Assembly: GCA_964406935.1 (NCBI GenBank)
Contig: CAYOTM010000003.1
Location: 1 to 61,943, forward strand
Direction: 5' to 3'
DNA from: an uncultured Gammaproteobacteria bacterium
Lineage (GTDB): Bacteria; Patescibacteriota; Patescibacteriia; Patescibacteriales; UBA12465
DNA: 61,943 bases
Positions 45,653 through 54,287 of this stretch are shown one piece after another (positions within the stretch are counted from its first letter, which is position 1; every line of letters starts with the position of its first letter). Under the pieces are notes generated by a model. That model was given only the letters and a program-made list of their open reading frames with translations. It was not told where the DNA came from and ran no database searches. Made by a program: the position numbers and the translations under genes.

Positions 45653-45701
45653 ATACAACATTTAGTGGTTAATCTAAAAAATAGGCCACTAAATATAGGA
45701 T
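45653..45701 (+). promoter_or_regulatory. two candidate NrdR boxes
   Basis: ATACAACATTTAGTGG (45653-45668) and CCACTAAATATAGGAT (45686-45701). Each matches about 12-13 of 16 positions of the acaCwAtATaTwGtgt consensus. Spacing is 33 bp, just downstream of the -10. Confidence 0.45.
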
Positions 45702-45704
45702 TTT

Positions 45705-46169
45705 ATGAAATGTCCTGTTTGCTATTTTATTGATACTAAGGTTGTTGACTCGCGAGTCGCTTCTGACGGCTTGTCGATTCGTCGTCGTCGCGAATGTCTC
45801 AAGTGTGGTTTAAGATTTTCCACCTATGAAGAGATGGAATTACTTGAATTAATGATTGTTAAGCGCGATGGTCGTAGGGAGTCTTATAACCGTGATAAAT
45901 TAGTTAGTGGTTTACGTAAAGCTTTTGAAAAAAGACCAATTACTGATGATCGTTTTAAAAAAATTATTCACTGTATTGAGCGTGATTTACAAAAACTACG
46001 TCAAACCGAAATTACCTCTCGTCAAATTGGAGTGGCCGTGATGAAACAACTAAAAAAAGCTGATCAGGTTGCTTATATTCGTTACGCCTCAGTTTATGAA
46101 TCCTTTAAAGACGCTAGCGAATTTAGACAAGAGTTAAATAAATTATTAAAAAATAAAAAAGATAAATAA
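45705..46169 (+). CDS. nrdR: transcriptional repressor NrdR
   Basis: MKCPVCYFIDTKVVDSR zinc ribbon plus an ATP-cone, 154 aa. Confidence 0.95.
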   Translation: MKCPVCYFIDTKVVDSRVASDGLSIRRRRECLKCGLRFSTYEEMELLELMIVKRDGRRESYNRDKLVSGLRKAFEKRPITDDRFKKIIHCIERDLQKLRQTEITSRQIGVAVMKQLKKADQVAYIRYASVYESFKDASEFRQELNKLLKNKKDK

Positions 46170-46243
46170 TCTTGTTTTAATTAGAAAAGATTTAAATTCC
46201 TTAATTAATTTTTAAATTTTTTCTTATTAAATCTTTACTTCCC

Positions 46244-48310
46244 ATGTCAGCTAAGATTACAAAAATTAGAAAACGAACGGGTGATATCGTTGATTTTGAG
46301 GATAAGAAAATTACTGAAGCTATTTATAAAGCTTTGTTGGCAGTGGAAGTCGATGACCATGGGTTGGCTGAAAAGCTGAATCAGGAAGCTATCGATCAGC
46401 TTAATAAAAAATTTCATAGTAACAGTATTCCAGCAGTTGAAGAAATTCAAGATGTAGTAGAGGAAACTTTAATTAAGAATCAACAGGTTAAGGCGGCTAA
46501 AGCTTATATTATTTATCGAGAACAACATCGTCAACTTCGAGATTTAAGCAAGAACACTTCTGAAGAAAAATTAATGGAAGATTATTTGGGGCGAGCTGAT
46601 TGGCGTTTAAAAGAAAATAGCAATATGAGCTTTTCAGTTCAAGGGCTTAATAACTACATTGCTTCTGCTATCTCTGCTCGTTATTGGTTAAATAAACTAT
46701 ACCCTGAATCAATTCGTGATGCCCATGTTAAGGGCGATTTTCATATTCACGATTTGGGATTGTTAGCCCCTTATTGCTGTGGTTGGGATTTAAAAGACTT
46801 ATTAATTCGGGGATTTGGAGGAGTCTCGGAAAAAATTCAAAGTAAGCCGGCTAAACATTTTCGGAGTGCTTTGGGTCAGATTATTAACTTTTTTTATACT
46901 ATGCAAGGTGAAGCAGCTGGAGCTCAGGCTTTTGCTAATTTTGACACTTACTTAGCACCTTTTATTCGTTATGACAACTTATCTTTTAAAGAGGTAAAAC
47001 AAGGTTTACAGGAGTTCATGTTTAATATTAATGTGCCTACTCGGGTAGGGTTTCAAACCCCTTTCACTAACATTACCCTCGATGTTACCCCCTCACCTTT
47101 AATTGGTGAAGAAAATGTAATTATTGGTGGCCAAGTAATGCCGGAAAAATATAAAGATTTTCAGGCAGAAATGGATATGTTTAATCAAGCTTTTGCCGAA
47201 GTAATGTTGGCGGGTGATGCTACGGGTCGAGTATTTGGCTTTCCAATCCCTACTTATAATATTGATAAAGACTTTGATTGGGATCGTCCATCCTTGGAGC
47301 CAGTTTGGGAAATGACGGCTAAATATGGAATTCCTTATTTTTCTAATTTTGTAAATTCTGACATGAATCGTGATGATGCGCGCTCAATGTGTTGTCGCTT
47401 GCGTTTAGATAATCGCGAATTACGTAAACGAGGGGGCGGCTTGTTTGGCGCCAATCCTCTTACCGGCAGCCTAGGAGTAGTTACTATTAATCTAGCTCGT
47501 CTTGGTTTTATTTCTCAAAGTAAAGAAGAGCTTCTAGACCGGCTAACCCGCTTAATGGATTTAGCTAAAGAAAGTTTAGAAATTAAACGTAAAGTAGTGG
47601 AAAAATTTACCGAAGATGGTCTTTATCCTTATTCTCGTCATTTTTTAGCTGACATTAAGGAACGGTTTGGTAATTATTGGCAAAATCATTTTAGTACCAT
47701 TGGAATTAATGGAATGAATGAAGCCCTGGTTAATTTAATGGGTAAAAACATTAGTACCAAAGAAGGTTTGGCAGTGGCTGGGGAAATTTTAGACTTTATG
47801 CGAGAAAAATTAATGGACTATCAGAATGAAACTAATAATTTATATAATTTAGAAGCCACTCCTGGCGAAGGTTGTACTTATCGTTTTGCTAAAAAAGATC
47901 AAGAGTTATTTCCTCAAATTACTTGTGCTAACCCAGAGGCCGTTAAAGAAGGAATGGCTCCTTATTATACCAACTCTACTCATTTACCAGTTGGCTTTAC
48001 TGAGGATATTTTTTCCGCCCTTGATTTACAAGATAGTCTACAAACAAAATATACCGGAGGAACGGTTTTGCATGGTTATTTAGGAGAGCGTTTAGAAAAT
48101 GGTAAAACTGCTAAAAAATTAGTGAAAAAAATTGTTTATAATTATCACCTCCCTTACTTCACCATTACCCCTACTTTTTCTATTTGCCCTAAACATGGTT
48201 ATTTAGCTGGTGAACACCAGTATTGTCCTAAATGTGATGAAGAAAATGGTTATTCTGAAGAGGTGATGATGGATACAAATATTGAAAATTTAAGACAATC
48301 GCAGGGCTAA
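46244..48310 (+). CDS. nrdD: anaerobic ribonucleoside-triphosphate reductase (class III), body without the glycyl-radical segment
   Basis: N-terminal ATP-cone, the active-site SMCCRLRLD, and the C-terminal zinc site ICPKHGYLAGEHQYCPKCD. The ORF stops 22 codons after CPKC, before any RVxG[YW] glycyl-radical motif. Confidence 0.9.
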   Translation: MSAKITKIRKRTGDIVDFEDKKITEAIYKALLAVEVDDHGLAEKLNQEAIDQLNKKFHSNSIPAVEEIQDVVEETLIKNQQVKAAKAYIIYREQHRQLRDLSKNTSEEKLMEDYLGRADWRLKENSNMSFSVQGLNNYIASAISARYWLNKLYPESIRDAHVKGDFHIHDLGLLAPYCCGWDLKDLLIRGFGGVSEKIQSKPAKHFRSALGQIINFFYTMQGEAAGAQAFANFDTYLAPFIRYDNLSFKEVKQGLQEFMFNINVPTRVGFQTPFTNITLDVTPSPLIGEENVIIGGQVMPEKYKDFQAEMDMFNQAFAEVMLAGDATGRVFGFPIPTYNIDKDFDWDRPSLEPVWEMTAKYGIPYFSNFVNSDMNRDDARSMCCRLRLDNRELRKRGGGLFGANPLTGSLGVVTINLARLGFISQSKEELLDRLTRLMDLAKESLEIKRKVVEKFTEDGLYPYSRHFLADIKERFGNYWQNHFSTIGINGMNEALVNLMGKNISTKEGLAVAGEILDFMREKLMDYQNETNNLYNLEATPGEGCTYRFAKKDQELFPQITCANPEAVKEGMAPYYTNSTHLPVGFTEDIFSALDLQDSLQTKYTGGTVLHGYLGERLENGKTAKKLVKKIVYNYHLPYFTITPTFSICPKHGYLAGEHQYCPKCDEENGYSEEVMMDTNIENLRQSQG

Positions 48311-48373
48311 ACTGCTAACTTGCTAGATTGAAAAATTTATTTTATAATTTATATATAGGCTAATCTGGAAATA

Positions 48374-48562
48374 GTGGAGAATTCTCTCTATTTGCTGATT
48401 ACCATGCTTGTCACTATGAGCCCAATTCAAAAACCAAGACAAGAGTGCATTGTTTACAGCCGCGTAGTTGGTTGGTTAACGCCAGTTCGAAATTATAATC
48501 CAGGAAAAGCCTCTGAATATAAAGATCGCAAGACTTTTAAAGTTAATGTTGAGGCTAACTAA
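48374..48562 (+). CDS. NrdD C-terminal glycyl-radical domain fragment (in frame with nrdD)
   Basis: CIVYSRVVGWLTPVRNYNPGKASEYKDRKTF matches the class III RNR glycyl-radical tail. It is in the same frame as nrdD, separated by in-frame TAA, TGA and TAG. The start codon is uncertain: GTG 48374 or ATG 48404, neither with a clear RBS. Confidence 0.6.
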   Translation: MENSLYLLITMLVTMSPIQKPRQECIVYSRVVGWLTPVRNYNPGKASEYKDRKTFKVNVEAN

Positions 48563-48658
48563 TTATTTACTGGAAGTTTCGGGTGGTCGGGCTGGAACAA
48601 CATAAAGATCAAGCAGGGCATTTTTCCGCCGTGCCCGCCCAAGATTTCTTTTTATTTT

Positions 48659-49393
48659 ATGCAAATTGGCGGATTAGAAAAATTAAGCTTATTGGATTAT
48701 CCGGATAACGTGGCGGCGATTATTTTTACTCAAGGATGTAATTTTCGATGCCATTTCTGTTATAACCCTATGCTTGTCTGGCCCCAGATTAAGGAGTCGG
48801 ACAAAAGACATACAGAAAAAGATCCCCCTTTAATTAAGGAGAAAGATCTTTTTCTTTTTTTAAAGTCAAGAATTAAAAAATTGGATGGGGTGGTCATTTC
48901 TGGGGGTGAACCGACCCTTCATCCTGATTTACCTGAGTTTATTGCTAAAATAAAAAAATTGGGCCTATTGGTTAAATTAGACACCAATGGCACTAATCCT
49001 AAAATGTTAGCCGATTTATGGAAGGATAAATTAATTGATTATGTTGCTATGGATATTAAGGCTCCTTGGGAGAAATATCAGTTGGTAGTTGGGGTCCCTG
49101 TTGATTATCATCTTTTAAAAAAAAGTGTTAAAATGTTAATTAGTAAAGACATTCCGCATGAATTTAGAACTACCTTGGTGCCCGGGTTGCACACCAAAAA
49201 AGATGTTGCTATTATGGCTAAGAATTTAGTGGGAGCTCAACGTTGGTATTTACAAAAATTTAAATCTAACACCACTTTAGTTAATCCTAAATTTGCTGGA
49301 AAAAAATCGTTCACTAATCAAGATATGAAAAAAATGGCTAATTTAGGCCAAAAATATGTTAAGGACTGTCAAGCTCGTGGCCTTGATAGTTAA
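48659..49393 (+). CDS. nrdG: anaerobic ribonucleotide reductase activating protein (radical SAM)
   Basis: GCNFRCHFCYNP (CxxxCxxC) and GGEPTL, 244 aa, directly downstream of nrdD. Confidence 0.9.
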   Translation: MQIGGLEKLSLLDYPDNVAAIIFTQGCNFRCHFCYNPMLVWPQIKESDKRHTEKDPPLIKEKDLFLFLKSRIKKLDGVVISGGEPTLHPDLPEFIAKIKKLGLLVKLDTNGTNPKMLADLWKDKLIDYVAMDIKAPWEKYQLVVGVPVDYHLLKKSVKMLISKDIPHEFRTTLVPGLHTKKDVAIMAKNLVGAQRWYLQKFKSNTTLVNPKFAGKKSFTNQDMKKMANLGQKYVKDCQARGLDS

Positions 49394-49403
49394 TAATAAA
49401 TAT

Positions 49404-49730
49404 ATGAATCACCACCAGTCAAATGCTGACAATAATAATTATTCGGCTAATAATCAAGAGAATCAAGAAGATAGCCAAGTTGATTTAAGGGAAATAAAAG
49501 ATTTATTACAAAAAAATCTAGTTATTAGTCAGGAGTTAAAAAACATGACTAATTCTGTTTATAAATATGTAGTATGGCAAAGAATGATTGGGGCCGCTAA
49601 AATTGCTTTAATCATTTTAGTGATTGCTGCCGCCTTTGTTTATCTCCCGCCATTATTACAAGATTTAATTGCTCAATTAGGGGCTATTTATAATCAATTA
49701 TTAAACTTAGCTAATAATACTCCCAGGTAA
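49404..49730 (+). CDS. small tail-anchored membrane protein
   Basis: N/Q-rich N-terminus and one C-terminal TM (IGAAKIALIILVIAAAFVYL). I prefer the ATG at 49404, which avoids overlap with nrdG. Confidence 0.5.
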   Translation: MNHHQSNADNNNYSANNQENQEDSQVDLREIKDLLQKNLVISQELKNMTNSVYKYVVWQRMIGAAKIALIILVIAAAFVYLPPLLQDLIAQLGAIYNQLLNLANNTPR

Positions 49731-49744
49731 ATTAATTTATTTTT

Positions 49745-51544
49745 ATGAGTCAAGATATTTCAGTTTTTGCCCAAACAACTTTCCGTAATCAATTTAAAAA
49801 ATTTGGTATCAAGCAAGATGATAGGCGTCGTCACATGTATTTAATTGGAAAAACCGGTATGGGCAAATCGACAATTTTAGAAAACATGATTGTTGGCGAT
49901 ATTCATGCTGGCCATGGTTTAGCGATAGTTGATCCGCATGGTGATTTGGCAGAAAAAGTTATTCAATATATTCCCAATAATCGCATTAATGATGTTGTTT
50001 TCTTTAATCCGTCTGATATTGAATATCCAATTGCCTTTAATGTCGTTGAGCAAGTTGAACCTCATTTGCGTCATTTAGTTGCTTCGGGCCTGATCGGAGT
50101 ATTTCAAAAATTATGGGCTGATTCTTGGGGGCCACGCTTGGAATATATTTTACGTAATGCCATTTTAGCAATTTTAGATTTTCCGGGATCAACTTTATTG
50201 GGGGTAGTTCGGATGTTGTCAGACAAAGCTTATCGTAAACGAGTGGTCGCTAATATTAAAGATCCAGTAGTTAAGGCCTTTTGGGAAAGAGAATTTTCCT
50301 CCTATGCTGATAAATTTGCCTCGGAAGCGGTTTCGCCAATTCAAAACAAGGTCGGACAATTTTTATCTAGTTCATTAATGAGAAATATTGTTGGCCAAGT
50401 AAAATCCTCTATTAACTTGCGGCAGGTAATGGATGAAGGTAAAATTTTAATTATGAATTTAAGTAAGGGTCGGATTGGTGAAGACAACTCTGCTTTATTG
50501 GGAGCAATGATGATTACCAAAATTCAATTAGCGGCTATGAGTCGAGTTGATACTCCAGAAAAGGATCGTAAAGATTTTTATTTATATATTGATGAATTTC
50601 AAAATTTTTCTACGGAAAGCTTTGCTAATATTTTATCCGAAGCTCGGAAATATCGTCTTAATTTAATCTTAGCCCATCAATACATTGAACAGCTGAGCGA
50701 TAGTGTTAAGGCGGCTGTTTTTGGCAATGTAGGAACTATGATTACTTTTCGCGTTGGGGCAACTGATGCTGAAGAATTAGCCAAAGAATTTGCTCCCGTA
50801 TTTAATGAAGAAGATTTGGTAAATTTACCAAAATATGAAATGTATTTAAAGTTAATGATTGATGGCCTAGCTTCTTCGCCATTTTCTGGTCGTGGGCTTC
50901 CTCCGCTTAGAGATGAAGAACAAACTGATAATTTTGATAAAGTGATTCATTATTCTCGTGAAAAATATGCTAATCAGCGATCCTTGGTTGAAGATAAAAT
51001 TTTACGTTGGCATGAAAATTATATTGATGAAAAAGTAGCTAAAAAGGGAGCTAATAATATTATAACCAAAGCCCCAAGTAATTTAATTAAACCAAGCCTT
51101 GGGCCAATTAATCAAATTCCAGTTAATAATCGTCAAGAAGCTGAATCTAGGGTAAATAATGATCAGCCAACTTTTTCAGGCGATAATCAAATAAAAGGAG
51201 AACATCAGTCTGTTTGTTCGCTTTGTCAAAAAACCACCTACACTGCCTTTGTGCCTGATGGTATTCGTCCGGTTTTTTGTCAGGATTGTTTAAAAATTAA
51301 AAAAGAAGAAAAGCGCTTAGCCCTAGAAAATCGTAAACAAGCTAAGTCTCAAGAATTATCTCAAGTTGAAGATATCCCAGAAACTCCTAGTCCAATTTCT
51401 TTAAATAGTCTGAATTCCTTGCAGCCAGTTGATTTTAAGGGTCGACCAGAAAAAGTAGTCCCTAATAAGATTGTAAAAAATCAAGTATTTTCTAATGATG
51501 AAGAGCAAGTTCTAGAACCCGATCAAGAAATTGACTTAGCTTAA
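49745..51544 (+). CDS. VirD4/TraD/TrwB-like type IV secretion coupling-type ATPase with C-terminal zinc ribbon
   Basis: Walker A GKTGMGKST, VDPHGDL, Walker B YLYIDEFQNF, RKYRLNLILAHQYIEQL. The C-terminal tail is CSLCQKTTYTAFVPDGIRPVFCQDC. Confidence 0.6.
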   Translation: MSQDISVFAQTTFRNQFKKFGIKQDDRRRHMYLIGKTGMGKSTILENMIVGDIHAGHGLAIVDPHGDLAEKVIQYIPNNRINDVVFFNPSDIEYPIAFNVVEQVEPHLRHLVASGLIGVFQKLWADSWGPRLEYILRNAILAILDFPGSTLLGVVRMLSDKAYRKRVVANIKDPVVKAFWEREFSSYADKFASEAVSPIQNKVGQFLSSSLMRNIVGQVKSSINLRQVMDEGKILIMNLSKGRIGEDNSALLGAMMITKIQLAAMSRVDTPEKDRKDFYLYIDEFQNFSTESFANILSEARKYRLNLILAHQYIEQLSDSVKAAVFGNVGTMITFRVGATDAEELAKEFAPVFNEEDLVNLPKYEMYLKLMIDGLASSPFSGRGLPPLRDEEQTDNFDKVIHYSREKYANQRSLVEDKILRWHENYIDEKVAKKGANNIITKAPSNLIKPSLGPINQIPVNNRQEAESRVNNDQPTFSGDNQIKGEHQSVCSLCQKTTYTAFVPDGIRPVFCQDCLKIKKEEKRLALENRKQAKSQELSQVEDIPETPSPISLNSLNSLQPVDFKGRPEKVVPNKIVKNQVFSNDEEQVLEPDQEIDLA

Positions 51545-51580
51545 TAACATTGTTTAATTTTTTTAGTGTTTAAATAAATT

Positions 51581-51612
51581 AAACACAATAATTAGGCGGT
51601 GTTTATTTTTTT
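51581..51612 (+). terminator. candidate terminator with a competing upstream hairpin
   Basis: AAACAC (51581-86), 12-nt loop, GTGTTT (51599-604), then ATTTTTTT. The same AAACAC can instead pair with GTGTTTAA at 51566-51573. Confidence 0.4.
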
Positions 51613-51621
51613 ATTTAATTT

Positions 51622-52197
51622 ATGTATTTATTTTTTGATACTGAAACTACTGGTTTACCTAAAAATTGGCAAGCACCAATCACTGATAGCGATAATTGGC
51701 CACGCTTAGTCCAATTATCTTGGGCTTGGTATGATAAAGAAGGCAACCCTTGGGATAGTAACGACTTTATTATTCGTCCCGAAGGTTTTGTTATTCCTGA
51801 AGAAGCGACAAAAATCCATCGCATTTCCCAGGCTCAAGCTGAAGCCGAGGGCCAAGAATTATCTTTAATAATTGATTTATTTATGGCTGATATTAATTTA
51901 GCCGAAGCAATTATTGCTCATAATTTAGATTTTGATGAAAAAATTATTGGGGCTGAACTATTTCGTTTAAATAAGCCCAATACTTTTTCCCAAGTTAAGA
52001 AAATTTGTACAATGAAAACGACTTCTAATGTTTGTCGAATTCCTGACGGTCGAGGATCTTATAAGTGGCCTAATTTAAATGAATTACATCAGTTTTTATT
52101 TAGCGAAGGATTTACTGATGCTCACAACGCCTTAGTTGATGTTCAGGCCTGTGCTCGTTGTTTTTTTGCTCTTAAAAATAGGGGAATATTTTTATAA
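51622..52197 (+). CDS. DnaQ-like DEDDh 3'-5' exonuclease
   Basis: Exo I FFDTETTGL, Exo II AHNLDFD and Exo III HNALVDV. Confidence 0.8.
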   Translation: MYLFFDTETTGLPKNWQAPITDSDNWPRLVQLSWAWYDKEGNPWDSNDFIIRPEGFVIPEEATKIHRISQAQAEAEGQELSLIIDLFMADINLAEAIIAHNLDFDEKIIGAELFRLNKPNTFSQVKKICTMKTTSNVCRIPDGRGSYKWPNLNELHQFLFSEGFTDAHNALVDVQACARCFFALKNRGIFL

Positions 52198-52198
52198 T

Positions 52199-53776
52199 AT
52201 GAATTATTTAAAAACTGGTAAAGCTACTGAACTCCAAGGTAAAGATCGACGATTATATCGTTATTTTGAAATTTTGCCAGGCTTATTATCGGTTGGCACT
52301 TTAGTAATTTTATTATTTTTTTCTTACTTAAAACCAGTTTGGGTGGCCTTTTTTATTATTGCCTTTAATGTTTATTGGTTGTTGCTGGTGGTTTATTTAG
52401 GAATTCATTTAGTGGTTGCTTATCGAAAATTAAAAATTAATCGGGCAATTGACTGGCGAGCTAAGTGTCAAAAATTATCTGAAAATAAAATAACTGATAA
52501 TACAGTTGCTGCTGATAGTTTAAGTCAGCAAGGTTGGCGTTGGAAAGATTTATGGCAATTAGTAATTTTACCAACTTACAATGAAGATATAAATATTATT
52601 CGTGGAGCCCTTGACTCTTTGCTGGCTGATAATTGGCCAAAGGATCGTTTTATTGTTGTTTTAGCTATGGAAGAGCGAGCTGGCCAGGCGGCTAAAGATA
52701 GAGCCGCGATTATTCAACAAGAATATGGCGATCTCTTTGGCCGTTTTTTAATAACCTTTCACCCCGATCATTTAGTTGGTGAACTGAAAGGGAAGGGCTC
52801 AAATCAAACTTGGGGAATGAAGGAGGCTAAGCGAGAAATTATTGATCGCGAAAATTTAGCTTATGATAAAATTCTAATTAGTGTTTTTGATATTGATACG
52901 GTGGTTATTCCTGGCTATTTCTTTGCTTTTAGTTACCGCTTTCTCACCGTTTCTGAGCCTTTTTTAGCTAGTTATCAACCAATACCGGTTTACCATAATA
53001 ACTTATGGGGAGCGCCATTTTTTTCCCGAGTAGCCGCTGCTTCTAATACTTTTTGGCAAATGATGATGCAGATTAGACCAGAAATGTTGGTTACTTATTC
53101 CTCTCATTCGATGACTATGCCAGCTCTATTAGATATTGATTTTTGGTCAACTAAAATGGTTAGCGAAGACTCCCGAATTTTTTGGCATTGTTTGCTGCAT
53201 TATAATGGCAATTATCGAGTAGAGCCTCTTTATTTTCCAGTATCGATGGACGTTACTTTAGATCAAAACTTTTGGCAAACAGCTAAAAGTTTATATAAGC
53301 AGCAAAGACGCTGGGCTTGGGGATCAGAAAATATTCCTTATTTAATGTTTAATACAATTAAGCGTTGGCACCAAATTGATAAAAAAAAGTTAATTAGCCA
53401 TATTATTATTCAAATTTACGGTTTTCATTCTTGGGCAACCAACGCCTTGATTATTGGTGTTTTTGGTTGGATGCCTATTTTATTAGGAGGCGATCGTTTT
53501 AAATCTACAGTTTTATCTGGTAACCTACCAACGGTTACTAGCACTTTAATGACAGTAGCTTTAGTTGGTTTAGTTTTTTCGGCGATAATTTCGGCCCTAC
53601 TTTTACCCAAAAGACCAGCTAATTATGCTTGGTGGCGGAAGATTTTGGTAGTTATTGAATGGATGTTTGTTCCGGTAACTATTATTGTTTTTGGAGCAAT
53701 TCCTTGCTTAGATGCTCAAATTAGACTCCTCCGTGGAAAATATATGGGCTTTTGGGTAACCCCTAAAAATCGTTAA
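52199..53776 (+). CDS. membrane-embedded family 2 glycosyltransferase (processive synthase-like)
   Basis: N- and C-terminal TM bundles, FDIDT, and the QQRRWAWG (QxxRW) motif. The ATG at 52199 abuts the exonuclease stop; the track start at 52136 would overlap it. Confidence 0.75.
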   Translation: MNYLKTGKATELQGKDRRLYRYFEILPGLLSVGTLVILLFFSYLKPVWVAFFIIAFNVYWLLLVVYLGIHLVVAYRKLKINRAIDWRAKCQKLSENKITDNTVAADSLSQQGWRWKDLWQLVILPTYNEDINIIRGALDSLLADNWPKDRFIVVLAMEERAGQAAKDRAAIIQQEYGDLFGRFLITFHPDHLVGELKGKGSNQTWGMKEAKREIIDRENLAYDKILISVFDIDTVVIPGYFFAFSYRFLTVSEPFLASYQPIPVYHNNLWGAPFFSRVAAASNTFWQMMMQIRPEMLVTYSSHSMTMPALLDIDFWSTKMVSEDSRIFWHCLLHYNGNYRVEPLYFPVSMDVTLDQNFWQTAKSLYKQQRRWAWGSENIPYLMFNTIKRWHQIDKKKLISHIIIQIYGFHSWATNALIIGVFGWMPILLGGDRFKSTVLSGNLPTVTSTLMTVALVGLVFSAIISALLLPKRPANYAWWRKILVVIEWMFVPVTIIVFGAIPCLDAQIRLLRGKYMGFWVTPKNR

Positions 53777-53867
53777 TTAAATCTAATGTTTTCTTGCTTG
53801 GTTATTATTGTTAATAATGTTAAAATAAAGCCAGATAATTTAAAGTTAGTGATTAATTTTTATTAAA

Positions 53868-54287
53868 ATGCCTGCTCAGGATTTTCAGGCGGCTACTCGT
53901 CGTCGTCAACAACAAATTAATAAAAAAAGGCGTAATTTTTTTGGGCCGCAAATTTTGGCCTTACTTTGTTTATTATTTTTATTTTTTACCTTATTTCCTT
54001 TAGCTAAAAATTATAATCGTAAACGAGTTATTGATCAAGAAATTGAAGATCTTAAAAAAGAAATTTCCGAATTTGATCGTCAAAATGATGACCTTAAGGA
54101 ATTATTAAATTATTTACAATCAGATAATTATGTTGAAGAACAAGCCCGTTTAAGTTTTGGCCAAAAAAAGGATGGTGAAGAAGTGATTGTGATTGATAAT
54201 TTAATCTCTGATAAAGTTAGCCAACCAGAAATAGTAGATCCAGCGCCTAATTGGCAAAAATGGTTAAATTATTTTTTAAAACCTTAA
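53868..54287 (+). CDS. FtsB/DivIC-like septum formation initiator
   Basis: Short basic N-terminus, one TM, then a coiled coil (EIEDLKKEISEFDRQNDDLKELLNYLQSDNYVEEQAR). Confidence 0.6.
   Translation: MPAQDFQAATRRRQQQINKKRRNFFGPQILALLCLLFLFFTLFPLAKNYNRKRVIDQEIEDLKKEISEFDRQNDDLKELLNYLQSDNYVEEQARLSFGQKKDGEEVIVIDNLISDKVSQPEIVDPAPNWQKWLNYFLKP

Noticed and set aside
48308-48355. Stop-codon reassignment (e.g. UGA=Gly as in some CPR lineages) as an explanation for the interrupted nrdD
   Set aside because: The gap contains TAA, TGA and TAG in frame. Elsewhere in the window TGA clearly ends genes, for example the ATGA overlap at 8124-8127. Long ORFs are intact under the standard code.
48305-48363. T4 gene-60-style translational bypass across the nrdD gap (take-off GGC-TAA at 48305-48310, matching GGC-TAA at 48358-48363)
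   Set aside because: Landing on the second GGC would be followed immediately by TAA again. It would also not restore the frame that encodes the glycyl-radical motif. The repeat is kept only as a possible insertion-scar observation.
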